Counted from the stretch's first letter, positions 37,465-48,032 are shown. The stretch is DNA of 64,000 bases from Bacteroidales bacterium UBA3696 (GCA_002372135.1 DFIN01000001.1:478-64477); one strand, 5' to 3'. Translations and numbers: made by a program. Notes: generated by a model not told the origin, from the letters alone.

Positions 37465-39090
37465 ATGAAACACTACATGACCTTTATCCAGGATGCAGTC
37501 CGCATGAATTGGGACGGGGATGCATTGACCGATTTTCAGGGTAAGATCAATTATACCTACGGGCAGATGGCTCAGAAGGTGGAGTGGTTGGGAATTCTTT
37601 ATTCGCAGTTGGGCTTGCGTGCCGGCGACAAGATTGCCATTTGCGGTCGCAATGCCAGCAACTGGGGTGTGGCTTATCTGTCAATAGCCGCCTATCGGGG
37701 CGTGGCTGTCAGCATATTGCCGGAGTTTACGAGCGAGAGTATTCATGAGTTGGTTACCCATTCGGAGGCGAAGGTTCTGTTTGTAGGACCGTGGGTAAAA
37801 GGCAGGATTGATATGGACAGTATGCCTCTGGTTGAAACCTTCATCTCGTTGGAGGATTTCAGTATTCTTCGCAGCCGCAAGCCCGTGCAGCCGGAGCAGA
37901 TTGATGCGTTGTTCAAGGAGCGTCATCCGCAGGGTTATAGACCGCAGGATGTGCACTTCCCGGTGGATAATATGGACGAAGTGGCTCTAATCAACTATAC
38001 CTCGGGCAGTACGGGTTCGCCCAAGGGGGTGATGGTAACGCACAAGAACCTGTCAACCAATGTTGTTTTCGGACAAGCCAATATCCCCAACGACCCGAGC
38101 AAGCGTATCGTGTCTATGTTGCCTTTGGCGCACATGTTCGGCTTGATGTTTGAGTTCCTGTATCAGTTGGCAGGCGGTACGCATGTCTATTTTATTACTA
38201 CCGGCATCACCCCGTCGCTGTTGATGAAGGCGTTTGCGGAGGTCAAACCCTATATGATTCTGACTGTTCCGTTGGTGATAGAAAAGATTTTCAAGAAGAG
38301 TATTTTCCCTGTGATTCATAAGCCGTTGGTGAATCTGCTATGGCATACGCCGATAGTTCGTGTGCCTATTCGCCGCAAGGTATATAAGCAACTGATGAAC
38401 GCTTTTGGCGGTCAGTTGGAAGTACTCATCATTGGCGGTGCGGCTTTGAACAAGGACGTGGAGCGGTGCCTGAGGCAGATTCATTTCCCCTATACTTGCG
38501 GATATGGTATGACCGAATGTGCTCCGTTGCTTTGCTATGCTTCGTGGCAGACCTATAAGGAGGGGTCGTGCGGACGTCCTATCACGCGGCTTGAGATGAA
38601 GGTGGATAGTCCCAATCCGGCTACCATAGAGGGTGAGATTTTGGTTCGGGGCGATGGCGTGATGCGCGGTTACTACAAGAACTTGCAAGCCACCGACAAT
38701 ATATTCACCCGCGACGGATGGATGCGAACGGGCGATGTGGGAATCATTGACAAGCAGCGAAATGTCTTTCTCCGAGGTAGAAGCAAAAATATGATCTTAG
38801 GCGCCAGCGGTCAGAATATCTATCCCGAAGAGATAGAGGATAAACTCAATTCGTTGGACGGTGTGTCGGAGTCGGTTGTGGTGGATCGCAACGGCAAGTT
38901 GGTGGCTTTGGTGTATCCGGAGGATTATTCGCCGGAGCGTTTGCCTCAGATTAAGGAACAGATGCAACTAAACCTGCAGCGTCTGAACGAGATGATGCCC
39001 ACCTATTCGAAGGTGAGCGATATAGAGATTCGGGATCAGGAGTTTGAAAAAACGCCGAAGAAAAGTATCAAACGCTTTATGTACAAATAG
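37465..39090 (+). CDS. AMP-dependent long-chain-fatty-acid--CoA ligase-like enzyme
   Basis: YTSGSTGSPKGV, GYGMTE, TGD. Start at ATG 37465, 38 nt after TATTTTTG (37420-37427). Confidence 0.85.
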   Translation: MKHYMTFIQDAVRMNWDGDALTDFQGKINYTYGQMAQKVEWLGILYSQLGLRAGDKIAICGRNASNWGVAYLSIAAYRGVAVSILPEFTSESIHELVTHSEAKVLFVGPWVKGRIDMDSMPLVETFISLEDFSILRSRKPVQPEQIDALFKERHPQGYRPQDVHFPVDNMDEVALINYTSGSTGSPKGVMVTHKNLSTNVVFGQANIPNDPSKRIVSMLPLAHMFGLMFEFLYQLAGGTHVYFITTGITPSLLMKAFAEVKPYMILTVPLVIEKIFKKSIFPVIHKPLVNLLWHTPIVRVPIRRKVYKQLMNAFGGQLEVLIIGGAALNKDVERCLRQIHFPYTCGYGMTECAPLLCYASWQTYKEGSCGRPITRLEMKVDSPNPATIEGEILVRGDGVMRGYYKNLQATDNIFTRDGWMRTGDVGIIDKQRNVFLRGRSKNMILGASGQNIYPEEIEDKLNSLDGVSESVVVDRNGKLVALVYPEDYSPERLPQIKEQMQLNLQRLNEMMPTYSKVSDIEIRDQEFEKTPKKSIKRFMYK

Positions 39091-39096
39091 CGTCAA

Positions 39097-40239
39097 TTAG
39101 GCGTTTATCAGTTCAATAACGGCTTGCGCTGCGTTTTTAGCAGCAGGTTGCGTACCGAGGATGGCTTGCAGTTGCTGCAAGTCATCTTTTTGTGCCTTGC
39201 GGTAGGCGTTGTCGTCCAAAAGGCGATTCACTTCGTAGGCTATATTTGTTGCCGTAAACCGCTCGGCTATCAGTTCCTGTATCGCCTCTTTGCGTAAGAG
39301 GATATTGACCAAGGTAAAGTAGCCGTCGTGAAAGAGGAAGTGCTTGAAGAGGTTGACTACGTGTTTGCCGAAAAAGCGGCTCGTGGCGATGTGATAGACG
39401 GCTGTGAGCGGACAACCCAATAGGGCAGTTTCGAGGGTGGCGGTGCCCGAATTGACGATGGCTACTTGGGCACGCTGTACTGTGCCATACGTGTCGCGTG
39501 TGAGCAGAATGTCCTCTGTCAGCCATTGGCGGTAGAACGCGTCAGGCATACTTGGGGCGGCTGTAACGGCGATACGATAGTCAGGATGCTGCTCTTGTAC
39601 CATTCGCGCGGCTTGCAGCATAGTCGGCAGACAATTCGTTATTTCGCTTTTGCGGCTTCCGGGTAAAATGGCGATATGAGGGTGGGGCGATGGGACAGCA
39701 TCAGTTGCATTTGGGTGCGTGTCCAGGTAGTCGCGAATGCTGTCCACCGTAGGATTGCCCACATAGCGACAACGATAACCATAGCGGGCGTAATAGGTTT
39801 CCTCAAAGGGAAAGATACCTAATATGAGGTCGGAATAGCGGGCAATCTTATGCACGCGCCATGACTTCCAAGCCCACACCTTCGGGGGAATGTAATAGAC
39901 AATTTTTGTGCGGGGTAAATGCTTGTGGCAAAAGGCTGCTATACGTAGGTTAAAACTCGGATAATCAATGAGGATGAGTACATCCGGCTGCATCTGTATA
40001 AGGGCTTGGCGGGCTATGCGGAAATTGCGGCGCACCTTATTCAGATTGCGTAGTACTGCCACTATGCCCATATAAGCCATCTCGCGGTAGTGTTGCACCA
40101 AGCGGCAACCCGCCTGTTGCATTTTGTCGCCCCCCATACCGGCGAAATCGGCATGCCTGTCTTTTTGCGACAAGGCTTGTATCAGCCTCGAGGCGTGCAA
40201 GTCTCCGGAGGCTTCACCGGCTATGAGGAAGTATTTCAT
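39097..40239 (-). CDS. lpxB: lipid-A-disaccharide synthase
   Basis: MKYFLIAGEASGDLHASRLIQAL N-terminus and GT-B layout typical of LpxB. 380 aa. Confidence 0.9.
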   Translation of the reverse strand: MKYFLIAGEASGDLHASRLIQALSQKDRHADFAGMGGDKMQQAGCRLVQHYREMAYMGIVAVLRNLNKVRRNFRIARQALIQMQPDVLILIDYPSFNLRIAAFCHKHLPRTKIVYYIPPKVWAWKSWRVHKIARYSDLILGIFPFEETYYARYGYRCRYVGNPTVDSIRDYLDTHPNATDAVPSPHPHIAILPGSRKSEITNCLPTMLQAARMVQEQHPDYRIAVTAAPSMPDAFYRQWLTEDILLTRDTYGTVQRAQVAIVNSGTATLETALLGCPLTAVYHIATSRFFGKHVVNLFKHFLFHDGYFTLVNILLRKEAIQELIAERFTATNIAYEVNRLLDDNAYRKAQKDDLQQLQAILGTQPAAKNAAQAVIELINA

Positions 40240-40267
40240 CGTTTGGGTTATTGGGGCACTATCCTTT

Positions 40268-40546
40268 TTATAATATGACCGCTATCGATGCCAGCAGATA
40301 CGGAAAAGCACCGATGAGCAAGCCTTTGCTCACTTTCCACATATCGGCGGCGTAAAACACAAAAATGAATGCCATATCCGGGAATACGCTCACTATCAGT
40401 AGTTTGCTCAGTGTCTTGCCCAACGCCAATCCGAAGGTGGATAGAGCGTAATAAAGGTTGTAGGTATCAATATAGATATATCCTACCACGGCGGGGAGAA
40501 TGAGTCCCACCACGATGCCAATCCAATATTTATCCAATCGTTCCAT
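40268..40546 (-). CDS. small three-TM membrane protein (hypothetical)
   Basis: 92-aa ORF with three hydrophobic helices. Overlaps the surE stop by 17 nt, in the same orientation as lpxB and surE. Confidence 0.55.
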   Translation of the reverse strand: MERLDKYWIGIVVGLILPAVVGYIYIDTYNLYYALSTFGLALGKTLSKLLIVSVFPDMAFIFVFYAADMWKVSKGLLIGAFPYLLASIAVIL

Positions 40547-41276
40547 AGTAGGTCATATCCACGCTGCAGGGTTGTACGGACAGGTATCCGTGAGCCAGTG
40601 CCCATTCGTCGGTATCTTGGGCTTCGGGCTCGTCGTTCACCAAGTAGCCGGTCATCCGATAGGCTGTTTCGCCGTTGTCTAACCGAATAGGGCGCATCTC
40701 TTTTTCCCAGTGACTGACGCATTGACGGGTGTAGCGTATGTCCCGTATCGGTCCTTTGGGGGCATTGACGTTGTAGCAGACGGTGCGGGGCATGCCCTTG
40801 ACGTATAATTCTTTGACGAGTGGTACAATATAAGATTCCATATACGAGAAGTCGGGATTGGCATCCATGTCGTAAATGGAGAAGCCGATGGCGGGAATAC
40901 CTTGTTCGGCTGCCACAAAGCAGGCACCCATCGTCCCTGAGTAGATGATGTTGATGGCGGCGTTGCTGCCGTGGTTGATACCGCTTACTACGAGGTCAAT
41001 GCGGCTGCTGTCTTCTCCAAACAGCACATTAACGGCTAACTTGATGCAGTCGGAAGGGGTGCCGGAGGTGATATAAATATCTGCCCCTTGCAAGTCGGGT
41101 GGGGTAGGGATTTTTTTGAATGTGATATCATCTACGGCAGAAATGGCGTTCGACATTCCGCTTCGTGCTCCATCGGGTGCCACGACGGTTACGTGCCCCA
41201 GAGGCAATAACAGCCGCGTGAGCAGCAATATGCCTTTGCTTCCCCAGCCGTCGTCGTTGGTTATAAGGATTTCCAT
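40530..41276 (-). CDS. surE: 5'/3'-nucleotidase SurE
   Basis: ILITNDDGWGSKGI N-terminal motif, GINHGSN, YSGTMGA. Confidence 0.9.
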   Translation of the reverse strand: MEILITNDDGWGSKGILLLTRLLLPLGHVTVVAPDGARSGMSNAISAVDDITFKKIPTPPDLQGADIYITSGTPSDCIKLAVNVLFGEDSSRIDLVVSGINHGSNAAINIIYSGTMGACFVAAEQGIPAIGFSIYDMDANPDFSYMESYIVPLVKELYVKGMPRTVCYNVNAPKGPIRDIRYTRQCVSHWEKEMRPIRLDNGETAYRMTGYLVNDEPEAQDTDEWALAHGYLSVQPCSVDMTYYGTIG

Positions 41277-42637
41277 TGTTCAATAACTTGTTGTGCCAAG
41301 AGGTTGGCTTGTTCTGAGGTTGCTGCTTCCGAATAGACACGTATGATGGGTTCTGTGTTGCTTTTACGCAGGTGTACCCAGCCTTGCTCAAAGTCAATCT
41401 TAACGCCGTCTATATCGTTGATACGCTCGTTGCGGTAAATCGTTTTCAGTCGATTGAGTTTGGACTCAATGGCTTCGTTGTCCGTGAGGTCAATGCGGTT
41501 CTTCGAGATGGCATATTGAGGTAGCCGGCTTTTCCACTCACAGACCGTGCACCCCTTTTCAGCTAATGCGGACAAGAAAAGGGCTATTCCTACCAATGCA
41601 TCACGACCATAATGACATTCGGGATAGATAACTCCGCCATTGCCTTCCCCCCCTATGATAGCGTGGGTGCGCTTCATCTCAGCCACTACATTGACTTCGC
41701 CCACTGCTGCCGCACTGTATTCGCCTCCGTGCATGCGCGTGATGTCGCTCAATGCGCGGGTGGAACTGAGGTTGCTTACCGTATTGCCCTTCGTGTACGA
41801 CAATACGTAATCTGCCACGCTGACCAGCGTATATTCTTCCACGAACATCTCGCCCGTTTCGCATACGATAGCCAAACGATCCACATCCGGATCGACCACG
41901 AATCCTACATCGGCTTTCCGTTCGCGCACGATACGACTGATGTCGGTCAAGTTTTGCGGAATGGGTTCCGGGTTGTGGGCAAACTGACCGGTCGGGTCGG
42001 TGTTCAGTTCGATGATGTTCTTAACCCCTAACGCTTTCAGCAAAGCCGGAATAGCCAATCCGCCAACCGAATTAACGCAGTCAACGGCAACCGTAAAATC
42101 TTTCCCCGCAATGGCTTCTTTGTGGACGAGCGGCAGTTGCAGCACGCGGTCAATATGGTAGGGGAGGTAGTCCCGGCGCGTTATGTGTCCCAATCGGTCC
42201 ACTTCGGCAAACGTAAAGTCCTCTTTTTCGGCTATTTGCAGAACGGCTTTGCCTTCTTCATCGTTGAGAAACTCGCCCTGCTCGTTGAGCAGTTTGAGGG
42301 CGTTCCACTGTTTGGGATTATGGCTGGCGGTCAGTATGATACCTCCTGCAGCGTGTTCGGCGGTCACAGCCAATTCGGTGGTGGGGGTGGTGGCTAACCC
42401 TATGTTCACCACGTCGTAACCCATGCTGATTAGTGTACCTGTGACCAACAAGTCCACCATCTCTCCGCTTACGCGGGCATCTCTGCCCACTACGATGGTA
42501 TGGTTATTCGGAATGGCTTGCCCGCGTTGTACGCAGTAGGCGGCAGTGAAGCGAACGATGTCCACGCTGCTCAACCCTTCGCCTACACGACCACCTATGG
42601 TGCCGCGTATGCCGGATATGCTTTTGATTAAACTCAT
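41261..42637 (-). CDS. glmM: phosphoglucosamine mutase
   Basis: SISGIRGTIGG start region, active-site TASHNP. Start placed at ATG 42637 inside track ORF 41261-42652. Confidence 0.9.
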   Translation of the reverse strand: MSLIKSISGIRGTIGGRVGEGLSSVDIVRFTAAYCVQRGQAIPNNHTIVVGRDARVSGEMVDLLVTGTLISMGYDVVNIGLATTPTTELAVTAEHAAGGIILTASHNPKQWNALKLLNEQGEFLNDEEGKAVLQIAEKEDFTFAEVDRLGHITRRDYLPYHIDRVLQLPLVHKEAIAGKDFTVAVDCVNSVGGLAIPALLKALGVKNIIELNTDPTGQFAHNPEPIPQNLTDISRIVRERKADVGFVVDPDVDRLAIVCETGEMFVEEYTLVSVADYVLSYTKGNTVSNLSSTRALSDITRMHGGEYSAAAVGEVNVVAEMKRTHAIIGGEGNGGVIYPECHYGRDALVGIALFLSALAEKGCTVCEWKSRLPQYAISKNRIDLTDNEAIESKLNRLKTIYRNERINDIDGVKIDFEQGWVHLRKSNTEPIIRVYSEAATSEQANLLAQQVIEQWKSL

Positions 42638-42664
42638 GTCTATCAGTATCAAGTTGTGTGAATG

Positions 42665-43207
42665 TTATCTTTTCTTTGTGATTCTCAGGTCGTAGCCGTA
42701 TGGGGTTACGGATGCGTTGTCGGCTGACGGACCATAGACGCTCGGGCAGATGATTTTGCACTCGCCCTCATAGCCCATTGCCAAGATGGCGGCTTGCCAG
42801 CCGGTGCAGTTATAGTTGCCTGTGGTAGGACCTACAGTGAGCGTGATGGGGTCACCTGCGTCGTCCGTTGTCCAATAACTGATAGTGTCAGCATTGGCCG
42901 TCAAGGCATACTTGCGAAAACGGATATTGACCTTGTCGCCTGCCACGAGTGAGGTGGTAGAGTCCACAGGGGATGTCAGGTGAAAATAGAGTTGGTCATA
43001 TTCGGGGAGAGCCACATAGATGTTGTCGTCCCATCGTTCGCCTTGACGAACAGCGGGCATGGTGTTCCTTACTTGAATATGTTGTCTTGCTATATAACTA
43101 TCTATCAGTTGTTTCTCTCGGTTGCGCAACTTGGAGTAGGTGTTACCTGAGCAGCCGCTCATAGTCAATAGAATCGTTACGCATGCGATGGATATCAGTT
43201 TTTTCAT
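42665..43207 (-). CDS. lipoprotein (DUF4827-like)
   Basis: Lipobox LTMSGC. 180 aa. Family assignment is from memory of glmM neighbours in Bacteroidales. Confidence 0.6.
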   Translation of the reverse strand: MKKLISIACVTILLTMSGCSGNTYSKLRNREKQLIDSYIARQHIQVRNTMPAVRQGERWDDNIYVALPEYDQLYFHLTSPVDSTTSLVAGDKVNIRFRKYALTANADTISYWTTDDAGDPITLTVGPTTGNYNCTGWQAAILAMGYEGECKIICPSVYGPSADNASVTPYGYDLRITKKR

Positions 43208-43227
43208 GGTTCGTTATTTAGGATTGT

Positions 43228-43767
43228 TTACTGAACGCTCAACTCTATTCGCACATTGGTGTAAGGTGGCACACGGTCGGTTCCCGTAGTGCCGTATGCC
43301 AAGTACCACGGGACGAGCAAACTGACGGTTTGTGGTCGTTCCATTTGCAGCAGTGCATCTTCTACGGCTTGAATCATTTGAGTTTTGCCTACTGTGACTT
43401 GCTCTGTGGTTTCCAGTAGCAATTCGCCGCCGAGGCTATATACTTGTAGTCTTACCGTGGCTTGTTCGCCGGCTTGCAGCGGACGATCAACTGCGTACAT
43501 CCCTTTTGTCCAGTAGCCTAACTCCTGTTGGGCATAGCCCTCGCTGACAAAGGTACTGAGTGCACGGTCTGCCTCTTCTGCGAGGTGTTGGTTCGTCTCA
43601 ATGGCTTGCAGCAGTGAACTATCCGTCTCGCTTGTAGGTTTGCCGCTGCGGTAGGAAGGGGTTTGCGGCTGCGTCTTGTGGCAAGCTGTCAGCGTGCCGA
43701 TAGCGAGTATACACAGCCCGACCAGTAGGTGCTTAGCGCTGTGCCAGTTGTTCAAGGTAGGCTCCAT
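43228..43767 (-). CDS. FKBP-type PPIase-like lipoprotein
   Basis: Lipobox GTLTAC. C-terminal LLVPWYLAYGTTGTDRVPPYTNVRIELSV resembles the FKBP fold signature. Overlaps the rfbA stop by 35 nt. Confidence 0.5.
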   Translation of the reverse strand: MEPTLNNWHSAKHLLVGLCILAIGTLTACHKTQPQTPSYRSGKPTSETDSSLLQAIETNQHLAEEADRALSTFVSEGYAQQELGYWTKGMYAVDRPLQAGEQATVRLQVYSLGGELLLETTEQVTVGKTQMIQAVEDALLQMERPQTVSLLVPWYLAYGTTGTDRVPPYTNVRIELSVQ

Positions 43768-44611
43768 AACGTGTCTTCATCTCTTTGCCCAAGGTGAGCA
43801 GTTGGTCGGTGGTGATCCAACCGTTGCGCCATGCAATCTCTTCGATACAAGCCACATACATGCCCTGCCGGTTCTGTATGGTGGCTACAAAATTGCCGGC
43901 ATCGAGCAGGCTGTCGCAGTTGCCGGTATCCAACCAAGCGAATCCTCTGCCGAAGAGTTGGACATGGAGTGTACCTTCGTTGAGATAGAGGCGGTTGAGG
44001 TCGGTTATCTCGTATTCGCCGCGTGCGGAGGGTTGGAGGGCAGCGGCTTTGTCGCACACGGTATGATCGTAGAAATACAGACCGGGAACGGCATAGCGGC
44101 TCTTCGGGTGTTCCGGCTTTTCTTCCAGACTGAGCACCTTGCCGTCGGCATCAAATTCGACGACTCCGTATGCGCGCGGATCGCTCACTTCGTAGCCGAA
44201 GATGCAGGCACCTCGTTGGTCACTACCCTCTATCATACTGACGGCAGTCTGAAGCATGTTGGTAAAGTTCTGACCATAGAACAGGTTGTCGCCCAAGATG
44301 AGGCATCCCGGCTCGCCTTGCAGGAAGTCGGCTCCTAAGACGAAGGCTTGTGCCAATCCGTTGGGAACGAGTTGCACTTTGTATTCAAGGCGCATACCCA
44401 GGCGTGAACCATCGCCTAAAAGTTCGCGGAACATAGGCAAGTCGCGCGGGGTGGAGATGATGAGAACTTCGCGGATGCCGGCGAGCATCAATGTGGACAA
44501 GGGGTAGTAAATCATCGGCTTGTCATAGACGGGCATGATCTGTTTGCTGATGGCTTTACTGAGCGGGTAAAGGCGTGTCGCACTACCGCCTGCAAGGATA
44601 ATTCCTTTCAT
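43733..44611 (-). CDS. rfbA: glucose-1-phosphate thymidylyltransferase
   Basis: [24 protein letters not shown] start (internal ATG 44611 of track ORF). 292 aa. [18 protein letters not shown]. Confidence 0.9.
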   Translation of the reverse strand: MKGIILAGGSATRLYPLSKAISKQIMPVYDKPMIYYPLSTLMLAGIREVLIISTPRDLPMFRELLGDGSRLGMRLEYKVQLVPNGLAQAFVLGADFLQGEPGCLILGDNLFYGQNFTNMLQTAVSMIEGSDQRGACIFGYEVSDPRAYGVVEFDADGKVLSLEEKPEHPKSRYAVPGLYFYDHTVCDKAAALQPSARGEYEITDLNRLYLNEGTLHVQLFGRGFAWLDTGNCDSLLDAGNFVATIQNRQGMYVACIEEIAWRNGWITTDQLLTLGKEMKTRYGAYLEQLAQR

Positions 44612-44786
44612 AAGGTTATTGTATTGGAAAAATCGTGTTTCGTTTTGCGCCGCAAAGATAAGGCATGTCTGGCATACATACAACAACATTTTTTTGCAAC
44701 CTCCAATGGCAAAAATGAAGATATTTGATTTTATCATTTGCCGAATGTGGGATACGGAATACCTTTGCCGCAAAAACAAATTGAAA

Positions 44787-46364
44787 ATGAAGATAACCAT
44801 GAAAACATTACTTGCTATTCTTGACGGGTGGGGCATCGGCTTGCCGAATGATGCCAATGCTATCTATTCCACCTCTACGCCCCATTGGGACGCATTACTC
44901 AATACTTATCCCCATAGTCAGTTGCAAGCCTCCGGGCTTAACGTAGGGCTGCCCGACGGGCAAATGGGCAACTCTGAAGTGGGACACCTCAATATAGGTG
45001 CCGGACGAGTAGTCTATCAGGACCTTGTTAAGATTAACCGCGCCATTGAGGACGGTTCCATCAAACGTAACCCCGAAATCGTGTCGGCTTTTACCACTGC
45101 GCAAAAACAGGGTGTCCGCCTGCATATCATGGGCTTGACCTCTAACGGCGGCGTTCACTCATCCTTAGAGCACCTCTTTGCCCTCTTGGATATAGCCAAG
45201 GAGTACGGCTTGGAAGGCAAGACGTTTGTTCACTGTTTTATGGACGGACGCGACACTGACCCGCGTTCCGGCATCGGCTTTATTGACCAATTGGAAGCGC
45301 ACATGCAGCAGTCCTGCGGCGAAATAGCCTCCATACAAGGCCGTTTCTATGCCATGGACCGCGATAAACGCTGGGAGCGTATCCAAAAAGCATACGACTG
45401 CCTCGTGCACGGGCAAGGCGACCATTATGAAAGCATGCACCAAGCCATGCAAGCCTCCTACGACAACGAGGTTACCGACGAGTTTATCCTGCCTATCGTT
45501 CATACCCGCAACGGGCAGCCGATTGCCACCATTCAGGAAGGCGATGTGGTCATCTTCTTCAACTACCGCAACGACCGTGCCCGCGAAATCACCGAAGTGC
45601 TCACCCAGAAAGACCATATTGATATGGGCATGCGTACCCTGCCCCTGCATTACTACTGCATGACTCCCTACGAATCCTCATTCACGGGTGTGCATATCCT
45701 ATTCCCCAAAGATAACGTTACCAATACATTGGGCGAGATTCTTGCCCGTCAGGGGATGCGTCAGTTGCGTATTGCCGAAACGGAGAAGTTTGCCCATGTT
45801 ACTTTCTTCTTCTCCGGCGGACGCGACCTGCCCTTTGAGAACGAGGACCGCATACTCATTCCTTCTCCAAAAGTGAAGACCTATGACATGCAACCCGAGA
45901 TGTCTGCTCCCGAAGTGGCGGCTGCCTTGTGCGAGGATATGGATACGCAAAAGCATGAATGTATCATCCTCAATTTTGCCAACGGCGACATGGTAGGTCA
46001 TACGGGTGTGTATGAGGCTATTCGTCAGGCGGTTGTGACTATTGATATCTGCCTTGACCGTGTCGTCAAGTCGGCGCAGAAGAATGGGTATGAGGTTATT
46101 ATTATTGCCGACCACGGCAATGCCGATGTGGCGAAGAACGAGGATGGGTCTAAGAACACCCAACACTCGCTCAATCCCGTGCCCTTCATCTATGTCCCCT
46201 CGCCTCTGAATCATCCCGAGTGGAATGGTCAGACACCTGATTTGCAGTCGCTTTATCGTATAAGTGACGGTATTCTTGCCGATGTGGCACCCTCTATGTG
46301 CGCCTTGCTCGGTATTGACCAACCTGAGGAAATGACCGGTAAGAACCTCATTGCATGCAACTAA
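44787..46364 (+). CDS. gpmI: 2,3-bisphosphoglycerate-independent phosphoglycerate mutase
   Basis: [34 protein letters not shown] box at 44760-44767. ATG 44787 or 44799. Confidence 0.9.
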   Translation: MKITMKTLLAILDGWGIGLPNDANAIYSTSTPHWDALLNTYPHSQLQASGLNVGLPDGQMGNSEVGHLNIGAGRVVYQDLVKINRAIEDGSIKRNPEIVSAFTTAQKQGVRLHIMGLTSNGGVHSSLEHLFALLDIAKEYGLEGKTFVHCFMDGRDTDPRSGIGFIDQLEAHMQQSCGEIASIQGRFYAMDRDKRWERIQKAYDCLVHGQGDHYESMHQAMQASYDNEVTDEFILPIVHTRNGQPIATIQEGDVVIFFNYRNDRAREITEVLTQKDHIDMGMRTLPLHYYCMTPYESSFTGVHILFPKDNVTNTLGEILARQGMRQLRIAETEKFAHVTFFFSGGRDLPFENEDRILIPSPKVKTYDMQPEMSAPEVAAALCEDMDTQKHECIILNFANGDMVGHTGVYEAIRQAVVTIDICLDRVVKSAQKNGYEVIIIADHGNADVAKNEDGSKNTQHSLNPVPFIYVPSPLNHPEWNGQTPDLQSLYRISDGILADVAPSMCALLGIDQPEEMTGKNLIACN

Positions 46365-47263
46365 AAGGCAGATACGCCCACTCACGCCCCTTCGTCAAGG
46401 TCTTGCAGTGGATGGCAGTTATCGTCTGCTTAACCTTGCTTTCCGTGCTGCTCATAAACCTATTGCAAAGTCTGACGGGGTGGAGTAGTGCCGATATGGC
46501 TTATTTGAAGACCGTGCAGGCGTTGCAGACGGTCAGTGTTTTTCTCTTGCCCCCCCTGCTGTTGGCTTATGTTTGGTCGGACAAACCTTGGCAATGGTTG
46601 CACCTTGCTAAGGTTCGCCCCGTAGATAGTCTGGTTCAGAAAAAAATCACGGCGGTTTGGTGGTTAGTGCCCATCAGTATCGTGTCGGCGATGCCGGCTA
46701 TTAACCTGCTCGTGTATATCAACGAGCAGATTAGTCTGCCCGCTTTCTTAGCCCCTATGGAGGCGTGGATGCAGCAGATGGAGGAGAATGCGGCTGTGCT
46801 AACCGAGCGTTTCTTGCAGGTGGACAATGGTTGGGGCTTGCTTTTTAATCTGTTCGTAATGGCTTTGCTGCCGGCATTGGGGGAAGAACTGACTTTTCGC
46901 GGCATCCTGCTCAACGGTTTGAACCGGCATCAGCAGCTACACCTTGCCATCTGGGTGGTCGCCGTCCTCTTCTCGGCTATGCACATGCAGTTCTACGGCT
47001 TTATTCCTCGTATGTTGTTAGGGGCATACTTCGGCTATTTGGTGGTATGGAGCGGTTCGCTGTGGTTGCCAGTATTGGCGCACCTAACCAATAATGCGAT
47101 GGCTGTTATCGGCAATTATGTCGTTTTTAAGACCCAATCGGATACCCAATGGCTTGAGTCGTTTGGCACCGGGGATACACTATGGGTCGGAATAGTCAGT
47201 CTGCTCGTTTCGCTGTTCATGATAGCGATTATTTCCCGTCTTATGAATAAACGTTGCTGTTAG
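46355..47263 (+). CDS. CPBP-family intramembrane glutamic endopeptidase
   Basis: EELTFRG, FSAMH and HLTNN motifs in a multi-TM protein. Confidence 0.8.
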   Translation: MQLKGRYAHSRPFVKVLQWMAVIVCLTLLSVLLINLLQSLTGWSSADMAYLKTVQALQTVSVFLLPPLLLAYVWSDKPWQWLHLAKVRPVDSLVQKKITAVWWLVPISIVSAMPAINLLVYINEQISLPAFLAPMEAWMQQMEENAAVLTERFLQVDNGWGLLFNLFVMALLPALGEELTFRGILLNGLNRHQQLHLAIWVVAVLFSAMHMQFYGFIPRMLLGAYFGYLVVWSGSLWLPVLAHLTNNAMAVIGNYVVFKTQSDTQWLESFGTGDTLWVGIVSLLVSLFMIAIISRLMNKRCC

Positions 47264-47293
47264 ATCGCTTCGCTGTTAGAAGTTAGAAATAAT

Positions 47294-47327
47294 TGGCACC
47301 AATCAAACGACCCTTTGATTGGTGCCA
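47294..47327. repeat. perfect palindromic site: 14-bp arm / 6-bp spacer CGACCC / 14-bp arm
   Basis: TGGCACCAATCAAA-CGACCC-TTTGATTGGTGCCA. The palindrome extends to 17 bp per arm (47291-47330). No following U-run, so it is not a canonical terminator. Confidence 0.85.
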
Positions 47328-47478
47328 ATTATTTAAGTTGAAAGAAGATGGCAAGTATGTAAGTGGAAAAATTTGAGAATTATGCAGTATTACTGTATTC
47401 AAATAGTTAGTAAATTCTCCAAAAACACCACTCAAAATGCTTGAATATAAATGAAAAATCAAAAAATGTGCATGAAAA

Positions 47479-47510
47479 TTTGGCTGTTTTTGTTTCATGT
47501 TGTAATTTTG
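47479..47510 (+). promoter_or_regulatory. candidate promoter inside the IR-flanked segment, pointing at the giant gene
   Basis: TTTG (47479-47482), 20-nt spacer, TAATTTTG (47503-47510). I found no equivalent box on the opposite strand of the segment. Confidence 0.45.
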
Positions 47511-47614
47511 CAGCCACATTAGATGTGAAGGATTGCAGTTCTGCAAATCACGAAGTGTGAATTCTTTAATACAAAAAAATGAGGGATAAGAATCCCTCAT
47601 GACCACAAAAACAG

Positions 47615-47648
47615 TGGCACCAATCAAAGGGTCGTTTTTTAGGTGCCA
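47615..47648. repeat. second site: 14-bp arm / inverted spacer GGGTCG / degenerate arm
   Basis: TGGCACCAATCAAA-GGGTCG-TTTTTTAGGTGCCA. 47615-47637 is the exact reverse complement of 47305-47327 (23 bp). The second arm matches 11/14. Confidence 0.85.
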
Positions 47649-47950
47649 CACGGGGTGCGAATATTGCCGGGGATGAATAGTCCTTTGACGTATTGGATTA
47701 CCGTAAAAATTGTATTTTTTCAACGAAAAAGTTGAAAAACGCTTATTATATCATATCGAATGTCGGCGGTCGGAATGTCTCGGGTGTTAGGATTTGGGGA
47801 TAACCAATACCGCCTTTATGAAGACGGTGAGATGTCCTCTGAAGCGATAGGCAAGATGTTATTTTCAATGGCTGCACGAGTTCTTCTCTTTCGGAGGATT
47901 TGTGAATAAAGTGGCGATGTGATAAGACGCTCGTTCAAGAGCAGAAAATG

Positions 47951-47990
47951 AAAGCGGTAATCCAATCAGTGAGCGGATTACCGCTTTTTT
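47951..47990 (+). terminator. intrinsic-terminator-like hairpin in the 5' leader of the giant gene
   Basis: AAAGCGGTAATCC-(11 nt)-GGATTACCGCTTT followed by TTT. Ends 42 nt before ATG 48033. Confidence 0.55.
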
Positions 47991-48032
47991 ATGTGCACGG
48001 TGCACGCTACTAACTCAAAAAACAATATACGT

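Noticed and set aside
43676-44338. 220-aa plus-strand ORF, with similar shadow ORFs at 45165-45650, 45699-46385, 60297-60995, 62877-63635, 18048-18686 and 26859-27464.
   Set aside because: Each lies antisense to a confidently identified conserved gene (rfbA, gpmI, the TrmH-family gene, apbE, the TonB receptor, hipA) and has no domain signature.
47291-47330. The 17-bp-arm palindrome read as the intrinsic terminator of the CPBP protease gene.
   Set aside because: No U-run follows on either strand. An inverted partial copy of the same sequence recurs 287 bp away, which fits a protein or recombinase site better. A terminator role is not excluded.
47283-47723. 146-aa minus-strand ORF in the spacer upstream of the giant gene.
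   Set aside because: The region is AT-rich and the peptide is low-complexity and atypical, starting at TTG. The interval is better explained by the inverted-repeat sites, promoter boxes and hairpins.
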